From: Octopus vulgaris
Taxonomy: Eukaryota
Length of the DNA stretch: 64,000 nt
Direction of reading: 5' to 3'
Assembly: GCA_951406725.2 (NCBI GenBank)
Contig: OX597817.1
Span: 44,268,001 to 44,332,000 of the forward strand
The notes beneath the pieces were generated by a model, which ran no database searches, was not told the origin of the DNA, and saw only the letters and a program-made list of their open reading frames with translations. The position numbers and the translations under genes were made by a program. Shown here in pieces: positions 52,942-64,000 of this stretch. Position 1 is the first letter of the stretch; each line of letters begins with the position of its first letter.

Positions 52942-53555
52942 TCTTTTCTACTCTAAGTACAAAGCCCGAAATTTTGGGGGAGGGGGTCAGTCGATTAGAT
53001 CGACCCCAGAACGCAACTGGTACTTAATTTATCAATTCCGAAAGGATGACAGGCAAAGTCGACTTCGGCAAAATTTGAACTCAGAGCATAAGACAGACGA
53101 AATATCGCTAAGCATTTCTACCAGCGTGCTGACGTTTCTTATTTTTTTACTGCCCACAAGGGGCTAAACACAGAGAGGACAAACAAGGACAGACAAAGGA
53201 ATTAAGTCGATTGCACCTACCCCAGTGCGTAACTGGTACTTAGTTTATCGATCCCGAAAGGGTGAAAGGCAAAGTCGACCACGGCGGAATTTCAACTCAG
53301 AACGTAGCGGCAGACGAAATACCTATTTCTTTACTACCCACAAGGGGCTAAACACAGAGAGGACAAACAAGGACAGACAAACGGATTAAGTCGATTACAT
53401 CGACTCCAGTGCGTAACTGGTACTTATTTAATCGACCTCGAAAGGATGAAAGGCAAAGTCGACCACGGCGGAATTTGAACTGAGAACGTAACGGCAGACG
53501 AAATGCTGCTAAGCATTTCGCCCGGCGTGCTAACGTTTCAGCCAGCTCACTGCCT
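52942..53555 (-). mobile_element. SINE family A, trimeric
   Basis: Three tandem body units behind one head at about 53555. Confidence 0.9.
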
Positions 53556-53732
53556 TTCGCACATCTAATATAAAGTGCAGTGTCGTAATCATGAGTTCTT
53601 GGATTCTATTCTCCTGTGTAGCATTTTAAGTAAATGTAATTTTCTATTTCGACCTGTACATTACGAGTGGAATTCCATAGACGAAAACTATAATTGTAAG
53701 TAGAAGTATTAGTATGTGTGCGTATATGTATG

Positions 53733-53814
<82 letters not shown>

Positions 53815-54446
53815 TGTGTGTAAACATGTATTTGTGTTTGTGCTTCTTTCTGAATGCTAAACATCAGGTATTAGATTGTTTGTCTCTCCTTAACGTAGGA
53901 ACTGACAAAACTGCCTCTGCCCCCAAATAAACATAGAGAGGACAAATGAGCAAAAAAAAAAAACAAAAAAAGAACAGAAAAGTAAATGTAACAAGCTCAA
54001 ATAAATATTCGGTCGATTTCATCAACATAATCTTTACATACAGTACTCTAGCATGGCCACAGCCTAATGACCGAAAAAAGAAAAAGGGTTTAAGTGTGTA
54101 AAAAAATTATACATTTACTTCTATTTATTTCTTCTCAGTTTATCATTATTGTCTTGAACACATCAATCACTAAACACTTTCCAACAGAGAACAGTCCATA
54201 GTCTTCATTGAGATATTTCCCCATTCTTATCTTCATCTCTAAAGCACAGAAACAAGATTTACCTCATAGAACTGTTATGTATATATCTTGTGGGCATGTA
54301 GAGAGCGATGCCAGAAGCTCTGAATCTGAAGTGCTAAACTGATTAACAACTAGATTTATATTAGAATATCTGAAGGCTATATACCAAAGTTGTGCCAGAA
54401 TTCCTGCGTTTTGAAGGGTCAATTGATTTATAACATTAACAGCTCG

Positions 54447-54469
54447 TATATATACATACACATATATAT

Positions 54470-54528
<59 letters not shown>

Positions 54529-54535
54529 GTATATA

Positions 54536-54615
<80 letters not shown>

Positions 54616-54905
54616 CATACATATATATATATGTATATAAATATATACATACATATATATATATACATATATATATACATATATATATATACATATATAT
54701 ACATATATATATATATACATATATATATGTATATATATATATACATATATATATATACATATATATACATATACATATATATATACATATATATATATAC
54801 ACATATATATATGTATATATATATTTATATACATATATATATATACATATATATTTATACACATATGTGTGTGTGTTTATATGTATTGATATATGTATAC
54901 ATACA
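54447..54905. repeat. Degenerate (TA)n/(TACA)n microsatellite
   Basis: Read directly. Confidence 0.95.
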
Positions 54906-55069
54906 AATATAAACACGTAAGCAGATGCATACATATTTATACAAACATCCTACGCATAGTCAGGTATGCTTAGATGCAAGAAACTATATAACAAGTCTAA
55001 TAACTTACGTAGTTACTCACTCGATAAAAATCCAATTTAATATTGAAGTTGAACTTTGAACAATACAAT

Positions 55070-55112
55070 TATAAACTGGTGAGGGATGAATCCCAAAACG
55101 GCCGTCTGTATA
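55070..55112 (+). ncRNA. Decayed minimal hammerhead ribozyme motif
   Basis: TATAAA-CTGGTGA-GGGA(TGAA)TCCC-AAAA-C(GGCC)G-TC-TGTATA: all three stems and the GUC triplet are in register, but two core positions are mutated. Confidence 0.55.
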
Positions 55113-55489
55113 TATTACTTAATAAACTCTATTGAAAATAGATGATGGTAATACCGGCATAGACGAAGCAAATATTATATTTAATATGGTAGCATATGAT
55201 TATAGCAGATCTTAAAGAAGGGAATATATATTAACACTTAACGGCCATGATGCCTTTTCAGTAGACAGAAGCACATACGTTTGAACAACTACACAGATTT
55301 GCATGTATGACAGAAAAACCAGTGGTAGGAGGGGCCTACTGAAGTGTTCCTGTTCAGAGAAGCTGGAAAAGTAGAGATCGAATGAGAATCGTAGATGACA
55401 GCAGAAGCTTTATCACCAACGACTGGAAGTCAGCAGAAACTACTATTTCTAAAGTATTGTAAGTTATTCTATGTGGATAGAAGAATGTA

Positions 55490-56292
55490 TTGGGTTGTCC
55501 GGAAAGTTCATGCCGATTTTTAAGGGAAAGAAAAAGGTCAATAAATACTTGCCATTACCCAAGCTTTTCCAGACGGATTTTGATAGGTTGAGGCTTTCTG
55601 CCAATTCTCCGGTTGTGCAATATGGGTTATTCTCAATGAATGATTGGATTTGGTCATCATCTTATTTCTTTATTGTCCACAAGAGGCTACACACAGAGGG
55701 GACAAACAAGGACAGACAAAGGGATTAAGTCGATTACATAGACCCGAGTGCGTAACTGGTACTTAATTTATCGACCTCGAAAGGATGAAAGGCAAAGTCG
55801 ACCTCGGCGGAATTTGAACTCAGAACGTAGCGGCAGACGAAATACCGGCAAGCATTTCGTCCGGCGTGCAAACGTTTCTGCCAGCTTGCCGCCTTGATTT
55901 GATTATCATTTGTAGTGGATGGTCTGCCTGTTCGCTCTTTAACAACAAGGCTACAATCTCCAGCTCGGAACCTTGCGAATCACTTCCGTACAGTTCTTTG
56001 GGATAAAGAAACATCACCGTAAACTGTGCATATTTCTTTGGTTGCTTGTGTGGCATTTTTCCCTTTACGGAAAAAGAAAGGCATCAAGTGCCGAAAATGA
56101 ACTTTCTTATCTTCCATTTTAAAGGATTACAGAATTAACACAGGTTATAAGAACATAAACCTTCTTCCACAAAAAGATAGCTTAAACTGTGCTCTAAATG
56201 GAGGTATAGTCATTTTATGGACTCAACCATGTTCTAAAATAAGTCGAAATGTAAGCTGCTATAAATCGGCACGAACTTTCCGGACAACCCAA
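55490..56292 (-). mobile_element. Internally deleted mariner transposon (mellifera-like) interrupted by a SINE
   Basis: TIRs TTGGGTTGTCCGGAAAGTTCATGCCGATTT / AAATCGGCACGAACTTTCCGGACAACCCAA. Minus strand from ATG at 56117 reads MEDKKVHFRHLMPFFFRKGKNATQATKEICTVYGD...RK*FARFRAGDCSL...GRP, resuming DDDQIQSFIENNPYCTTGELAESLNLSKS after the SINE. Confidence 0.92.
55662..55895 (-). mobile_element. SINE family A inserted into the mariner transposase
   Basis: Full-length copy; imperfect 14-bp TSD GATTTGGTCATCAT / GATTTGATTATCAT. Confidence 0.92.
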
Positions 56293-56499
56293 TCGAAGAG
56301 TAGCAAACTGCCATTCCTCTGTGGCTTGTTACTCATCTATTTGAGCCAGCTACTTTTTTTTTTTATCGAAAACTGCCTTGAAAGTCCACAACAGGAAAAT
56401 GGCACAGAAGAAAAATATTGCTAAATCCAAAGAAGTACAATACACACATACAAAACTACTACCCGCATCTTTGACTTATGCTTTCGATATTTGTCCAAA

Positions 56500-56900
56500 G
56501 CTCCAATATGAATGGCCTACGAAAGGGATGAACATCAAAAAAATTAAGTTAGTTAGGACAACAAAGGTTGCTTTTGATGAGATCAAACACATAAGAAATT
56601 GACAGCTATGAATAAGAGGAAAAGAATCCTAGGAGCATATACAAATCTGTCTTACGTATAACTGTGTGACTTAGAATATCGACAAACAAGTGCAAAAGCT
56701 CATCTATGCTACAGAGGTGTGTTTATTTTGATGTATGTTGAAGATGAAATATGAGGACAGAGAAAAAAGCTTAGACGAACGGAAGCTAAGTTAATTGAAC
56801 ACCATATGAGAAGAAAATGCCCTGAAGACTTGACGATAGCGGAGAAACAGAAAGGAATATGAAATTGTAGAAGATAGAGATAAGATATTGCATGCGTTGC
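56500..56900 (+). pseudogene. Heavily decayed RTE-like LINE 3' fragment
   Basis: TKVAFDEIKHI; LTYNCVT*NIDKQVQKLIYATE (cf. LLYGCETW); KLIEHHMRRKCPEDLTIAEK (cf. FLGHVMRR..LENL...GK), in the same order as in the 40.7-41.9 kb copy. Confidence 0.55.
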
Positions 56901-56935
56901 CAACTGACCACAGAAAGGCAGACTAAATTGAAGGT

Positions 56936-57297
56936 GGGATAGATGGGTGGGGAAATACATGGTGCCTGTAGGCATGTATCTGAAGGAGATGAAAATGATA
57001 GAGGAGTTTCCCTTTCAGATCAAACTAAAGGATGTAGAAAGGATTCTATCGGCTGAAATGAAGTGGAGCTGAATGTTGCAGTCGAGGACAATATCTTCTC
57101 ACTAAAATTGGTGGTCGGGATAGATGGATGTGGAAATACATGTTGCCTGTAGGCATGTATCTGAAGGAGATGAAGATGATAGAGGAGTTTCTCTTTCAGA
57201 TCAAACTGGAAGATGTAGAAAGGATTCTATCTGCCGAAATGAAGTGGAGCTGAATGTTGCCGTCGAGGACAATATCTTCCCACTAAAATTGGTGGTC
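56936..57297. repeat. Tandem duplication, 2 x 181 bp
   Basis: GGGATAGATGG starts at 56936 and 57117; both units end AAATTGGTGGTC. Confidence 0.95.
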
Positions 57298-57995
57298 TTG
57301 TGCTAAAATTTCAAATAGTTATTACTACTATAATCGAATCGTTATAACATTAAATAGATTCCGGCAGTAATTGTTCCCGCTTTCTGCACTCGGAGTACAA
57401 ACACCTCCACCCTTGACTAACTTCATCTTTTATTTTTGCGAGATTGATAAATAAATGGTGAATCCTAAACGTGCATACATTCTCCTCGTAGGCAGTAAGC
57501 TTGTCAAATCATTTAGAGCGTCAGAAAAATGCATTGCAGTATTTCTTTCAAGTCTTTACATCCTACGTTCAAATCTCACAGAGGCCGGTTTTTTTCTTTC
57601 ATCCATTCCCAATCGATAAAATGCCAGTCAACTGTTATCATCAATAGGATCGACTTTCTCTTTTCAAAATTTGCTGGTCATATGACTAAAACAGAAATTA
57701 TTCAAGGCAGCGAGTTAGCAAAATCGTTTGAACGTAGGAACAAAATGTTATGCAGTATGTGTTCTAACTTTTTCTATTCCGACTTCAAGTCCGCCGAAAG
57801 CATCTTTGTCTTTCATCCCACCGGAATCGGTAATACATAATACCAATCCAGTACAGCGGTCGATAGTTTCCAATAAACCCCCAAATTCTAAGTAATTCTA
57901 TTTCGATTTTGTATTTGGCTTGCATGATTTTTGATGTAAACTCGTTTGTTGAAACACATTTTGTTGTATCTCTAGACGGGCATTACGCCACTAAC

Positions 57996-58251
57996 AAACA
58001 CACGTCCTGGTTCTATTTCACTTCTTTAGGTCTATTTGTTAACAACTTAACCATTTGACCAATTAACTCATTGGTTGCTTGACTAATCGTTCGGTCATGT
58101 CATTGATAAGCTCGCAAATGGCGACTAAAAGTCTATGACAAACTTAGTTGATTAACTGACCGAACGATTAACCAAATTATCGATTGGTTAATTTGTCAAA
58201 TAGTTATCTAATTTTTAAATAAAAAAAGAAGTGAAATACAACCATGTGTTT
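57996..58251. repeat. Old imperfect inverted repeat (fold-back/MITE relic)
   Basis: TATTTCACTTCTTT / AAAGAAGTGAAATA and TAATCGTTCGGTCA / TGACCGAACGATTA are nested complementary pairs. Confidence 0.75.
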
Positions 58252-58435
58252 ATTATTTGAATAATGACTTTCCTGATCTACATTAAAATATTATTATCAT
58301 GTTCCGTTACATGAAATGTTGAATAACTGATATTTTTTGCTAAATATATCCGCCATGCAATTTCAATTCCTAATTTAAATTACTTCAATTTACTTTGAAA
58401 AAGTATGAAAGTCATAACATCTTGTATCTTCTTTC

Positions 58436-58874
58436 GGATCTTTTTGGTTTGACCGGCATTTTTTCTAGCGGTGTCATATGAAATTGTCACCCATAATTAT
58501 GACCCTAGTATCGATCTATAGCATTTCAATCTGTTTTAGGGTTAGGGTTAGGGTTAGTTAGGGTTAGGGTTAGGGGTGTGGGGAAGAGTATCTTTTTTTC
58601 TTCAGAAATGTAAATAAACCCAATCTGTTTCTTAAACGAGGGACATATTCATACGGCACAGAATGTTTTCACCTCAACAGACGTCATTGATTGGTTGAAA
58701 TTGCAGAAATTGAAGAAAAAACAACAACAAATATCTTACAAACTATAGAATTTTCTCAATAAAGCCAAGAGAAAAAGGTGCTTTATAAACACCTTCTACC
58801 AGTATACGAAGTTTAAAAGTGTTTAGTTACGTGGAAATTATTTTAAAAAAATGCCGGTCAAACTGAAAAGATCC
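58436..58874. mobile_element. Non-autonomous DNA transposon with GG termini, 8-bp TSD and internal TTAGGG repeats (Merlin-like)
   Basis: TIRs GGATCTTTTTGGTTTGACCGGCATTTTTT / AAAAAATGCCGGTCAAACTGAAAAGATCC; perfect TSD CTTCTTTC (58428-58435, 58875-58882); (TTAGGG)n at 58536-58575. Confidence 0.88.
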
Positions 58875-59818
58875 CTTCTTTCTAAAATAAAAAAAAAAAT
58901 TGAATTTCGTCACCACTTGAACAGAAACCGATATCACGATCGCTTAGAGTAGAGGAAACTATATCGTCTTGTATGTATGACTTTGAAAAGATGGAATTCG
59001 AGGTGTGTTAAGTGCTTTTCTAGAATAGGAGAGAGAGTGAAATCATTGAAAGCAGTGCAGTGTAATATATGCACATGTAAGTGATTTAAGTGAAAATATG
59101 ATCAATTGGGGAGAGAGTTTTAGTGTGTGATGAAAGTAATGTGAAATTTAGCCATTTCCCTCGAAGTAGGCCAACAATACCCGGGAGAAATATTCGCTCG
59201 CTTCAAAGTCCTTTAGTTTTCCACTCTCCGATAAATCTGTATTATATTGTTCGTGTGTAAATAATCAATATTTGATTCGGTTGTTGAAAAACATATGGAA
59301 AAAAAAAACAAAAAACAAAAAGAAAAGTTCTTGAGGTTATCGTTACAAAGTGAGTTCGGGTATCAAACTTAGTAATATTGTATATAATTTCAGCATCGAA
59401 TTTTTGTATCATATCACCTGGTGTCTCATAGCTAAACAAATAAAAACAAGCACACCACAAGAAAACATAGCCAAAAAAATAAATGAAGGCAGCAACATCC
59501 CCAAAACGAAAAAAAAAAAAAACTGCAACCAAAACGAACAAGCAAAATACCATAGTAAGAGACAATAGATACAAAACAAAACAGAACAAATATTTATATT
59601 GTGATAGTAATACTGCGGCAAAATACAGTTCTGTACTTCAAATACGAAAACAACATGAAACAAACTCCCAACCAAACATTCAGCATTGTTAGCAAAAACA
59701 AATTTTTAACTAAATACATTAGATGATTGATGAACATTTCGATTTTACAATATATAATATACATACATACATGCATACATACATACATAAATGCATACAT
59801 ACGTAAATGCATACATAC

Positions 59819-59890
<72 letters not shown>

Positions 59891-59932
59891 ACATGTATAT
59901 ATATATATTTATATATTTATATATGTGCATGC

Positions 59933-59963
<31 letters not shown>

Positions 59964-60021
59964 TACATATGTATGTGTATATATATATATACATTTATAT
60001 ATATATATGCATATATATATA

Positions 60022-60087
<66 letters not shown>

Positions 60088-60443
60088 CATATATATATGT
60101 AAATATATATATATATTAAAAATGATGTACGCATATATGATTACATGTATCTATTCTTGTGTGTGTGGGGGGTGTATACATATATTTGATATAATGATAT
60201 GTACTGCATTATATAATCTATTAGACATACACAGATCATATAGCATACACCCACACATCTACACACATACAAACGGACACGCACACACACACGCATGCGC
60301 GCGCAACCCACCCACCTACACACACATACACACCCACTCACACACTAACAAGCATCGATCAAAATATAAACATCCTGATGTAATTTAAGCAAACCTTGAG
60401 AGAACGATAAATCTAATTTAGCAAGTATTATATTTTCATATAC

Positions 60444-60492
<49 letters not shown>

Positions 60493-60572
60493 GGTCCCGG
60501 GTTGATTCGGGGTTAACCACAGTAAGTAAGGTACTCAATACATAGCAGAGTAAAATTAATTTATTATATAGA

Positions 60573-60625
60573 AGGAGCTTCTACAGGACTAGTACTGTTT
60601 CATTCAAGAGAAATCTTCAGGAAGC
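60573..60625 (-). ncRNA. Type I hammerhead ribozyme motif, inverted copy
   Basis: Same sequence as the plus copy, but stem I is shortened to GCUUC/GAAGC. Confidence 0.7.
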
Positions 60626-60682
60626 AGGAGCTTCCTGAAGATTTCTCTTGAATGAAACAGTACTAGTCCTGTAGAAGCTCCT
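60626..60682 (+). ncRNA. Type I hammerhead ribozyme motif
   Basis: AGGAGCUUC-CUGAAGA-U-UUC(UCUU)GAA-U-GAAA-CAG(UACUAGUC)CUG-UA-GAAGCUCCU: 9-bp stem I, both core boxes, stem III with palindromic ACUAGU loop and GUA triplet (cleavage predicted after 60673). Atypical U.U at the base of stem II. Confidence 0.8.
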
Positions 60683-60690
60683 TCTATATA

Positions 60691-60956
<266 letters not shown>

Positions 60957-61119
60957 GTGTATATATATATATACATAAATATGCACATATACTTATACAT
61001 ATATATATATATACTATATATATATATACACACTCATATACATATATAATCTACGCTTCATATATATTAATTCATAAACACACGTATATATTTGTGTGTG
61101 TATGTCAATCTATCCATCC

Positions 61120-61178
<59 letters not shown>

Positions 61179-61191
61179 CATCTATCAATCG

Positions 61192-61274
<83 letters not shown>

Positions 61275-62527
61275 CATGTGTGCATGTGTGTAGGTGTTGG
61301 CGTTTGATGTTGCAGTATATTCCTTCTATCGAAATAACGAACGAGGTTTGTCCGAATAGTAAATTAGTGATTAGCAATGCATTGTTTGAATGGCTCATGT
61401 TTAATACTTAAAATTACTGACGGCTATTCTTTGTAGAAGAAATCGAAGCAGACTCAGCTTTGATTACAAATATTTATTAACTTCGATGAAACTATTAAGA
61501 AGTTAGAAACCACTTTCATCATTTTAAAAGCACAGGCTGAAGGGCGTAAAATTATATCCAGAGGGTCGAGAGAGATAAATTTCAGAAGTAAATTCGGTGT
61601 CTCCTTGTTCGCGTTTAAAATTCCACCCAGTTTTAACCGGTCTATTTATTACCAACACTGAACCATCTAGCAAGACTTTACCCACCATCAACCTAGAAAT
61701 GATAAAATAAATATTGTTAAGACTACTAAGAAACTGGACTACATTTAATCCGTTATCTCCCACCTCTCTTTGGTAATATAATGGGATAACGTCTTATTTA
61801 TTCTACTCTTTGGTATCAGTTATCGTATAACCATTAAGTAGATTGTAAGTTGTTTCAGGTATGGCCACAGATATATATTAAATTCATAGCACAGCCATAT
61901 ATAAAGATGGAAGGGACATAAGAATAGTGTTTGATATGGACATGGATTTTACTAAGTAGATACAACGCAATAACATCAATGTTAAGTAAACATGCATAAT
62001 GTTCTATGGATAGAGACAAACAGTGAATTTAAGAAGCTTACAAGCTGTATCTAGTATAGTGACAACGGTATTAAATAGTTTTACGCATAGCAAATGTTAA
62101 AGCCGTTTATACCTAAGGTAATACTTTTCTGTGATTGTTTCCAATATTTCAGACAAACACAAAATAATACAGTTTCGCTGATTTTCTTTCACATATAAAA
62201 ACACTTGGACCTGTTTATTCTAACATACACGAACATGAACACTCAAGCGCACAAACATAATACATACATACATACATGCATCCATACATGCATACAAGGA
62301 TACAGACACACAAAAATAGATTCATACTAAAGTGTACAAAAGCGTGAAACACACGCTTGTATCCAACACACAGTTACAAATTATCCATGAGCCTAAACAA
62401 GCATATATACACACAACACCCGATTCAGATAGCTATAAAATCCGAACACCTGCCTTTACTGAAATAAAAGAGCTTTACCACTTGGTTACTAGCCAATTTG
62501 AATTCTCCAAAGGAAATACCTTGTTGA

Positions 62528-62860
62528 TGTGGCTGTGTGGTAAAAAGCTTGTTTCTCACCTACATGGTTTCGTGTTCGATCCCACTGCATTGCAGCTTGG
62601 GTAAGTGTGTGAGTGGATTTGATAGACGGAAACTGAAGGAAGACCGTCGTATACATATATATTTATAAATTTGTTTTTTGTGTTAGGTTTTTTGTTAACG
62701 TTTATCTCTCACCAACCGGTGTTGGGGTGTTTACGTCCCTGTAATTTAGCGGTCGACACAGAAGATACCAATAGAACAAGTACCAGCCCCTAAAACAAAT
62801 AAGTACTAGGGCCACTCAAGGCGGTGCTCCAGCATGGCTGCAACCTAATGAGTAAAAAAA
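62528..62860 (+). mobile_element. SINE family B, diverged
   Basis: GTGGCTGTGTGGTAAAAAGC...GGCGGTGCTCCAGCATGGC. Confidence 0.78.
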
Positions 62861-63006
62861 AAGATAAATAAATCCTAAAACAAATATGAATACATGCATG
62901 TATACACACGTTTTATGTTTTATTTGAATCAGTTGCTGGATACCGAGTTGGCGGGTTTCGTGGATCGAATCGATGCCAATATTTATTCATTTTTTAAATA
63001 CCTAGT

Positions 63007-63375
63007 ACTCATTCTCTTTACTCTTTTACTCTTTTACTTGTTTCAGTCATTTGAGTGCGGCCATGCTGGAGCACCGCTTTTAGTCGAGCAAATAGACCCC
63101 AGGGCTTATTCTTTGTAAGCCTAGTACTTACAGTTTCCGTCTACCAAATCCACTCACAAGGCTTTGGTCGGCCCGAGGCTATAGTAGAAGACAGTTGCCC
63201 AAGGTGCCACGCAGTGGGACTGAACCTGGAACCATGTGTTCGGTAAACAAGCTACTTACCACACAGCCACTCCTGCGCCTGCCGAACCACTAAGTTACTG
63301 GGACGCAAACAAAACAGCACCACTTGTAGAGCGGTGCCGGTTGTGTGTGCAAAGACATAGATTTACATACACACA

Positions 63376-63465
<90 letters not shown>

Positions 63466-63665
63466 GCTAGCTAGCTAGCTAGCTATCCAAACACACATAT
63501 ACTCAACGGGCTTGCATACAATTTCTGTCTACCAAATTCACTCACAAGGCCTTGGTCAGCACGTGGCTATAGTATATGAGAACTGTCTAAGGCGCTGCAC
63601 GGTGGGTGTGAACATAGGACCACGTAATTACGAAGCGAGCTTCTGAACCACACAGCAATGCCTGT
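63007..63665 (-). mobile_element. Younger, internally deleted family B SINE (63007-63280) abutting an older family B copy (63281-63665)
   Basis: The first copy jumps from CTAGTACTTA to CAGTTTCCGTC. The older copy supplies the missing middle, (CTAT)n and a second diverged head. Confidence 0.8.
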
Positions 63666-64000
63666 GTCTGTATGTCAGCTTGAGAACCAAAGTGTTAGGT
63701 TTTCGCTAATAGAGGATATATTCCCCGCTGGCAGAAACTGAACTGTTAAACCTACGATGATAAACTAGTTATTACCTCTATTTGCAGAAACGAGATTTAC
63801 TCCCCTCCATGTATATCATAAATTTACATTCCTATCTACTTAATATATTCGATTGATTATATTTAATTCTTAGCAAGGGAGATTTAGAGAATGCATCTTT
63901 TTCCACGGATAACGGTCTGTCTTGAAACTGAAGTGTTTTGCTATAACAGAGAAGAATAAAAGCGTTATTAACAGACCTCAAAGGGAGTTATGAATGCTTT

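Noticed and set aside
58536-58575. True telomere or chromosome-fusion scar
   Set aside because: Only about six units in one orientation, enclosed by the TIRs and TSD of a transposon.

Overview
This is AT-rich, microsatellite-saturated animal DNA. The repeat families and simple-repeat density match what I recall of octopus (coleoid cephalopod) genomes; that assignment is an inference. I find no supportable intact protein-coding gene, and almost every ORF in the track is a translated microsatellite or SINE, so the window reads as intronic or intergenic. It holds dozens of copies of five tRNA-headed SINE families and four DNA-transposon derivatives: two mariner relics, a hAT/Charlie-like MITE and a GG-terminal MITE with an 8-bp TSD that carries TTAGGG repeats. 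It also holds decayed RTE-clade LINEs, a Tx1-like LINE, local duplications and a 9 x 40-bp minisatellite. The most interesting signal is a set of hammerhead-ribozyme motifs of the type known from Penelope-like elements and retrozymes. A complete type I hammerhead sits in both orientations inside a perfect 67-bp inverted repeat at 60559-60696. A minimal hammerhead sits in a second palindrome at about 19950-20170. A hammerhead-like module lies inside two copies of one SINE, and decayed copies occur near 8.8 kb and 55.1 kb. SINE family letters A-E are my own labels, and the coordinates of diverged repeats are approximate.
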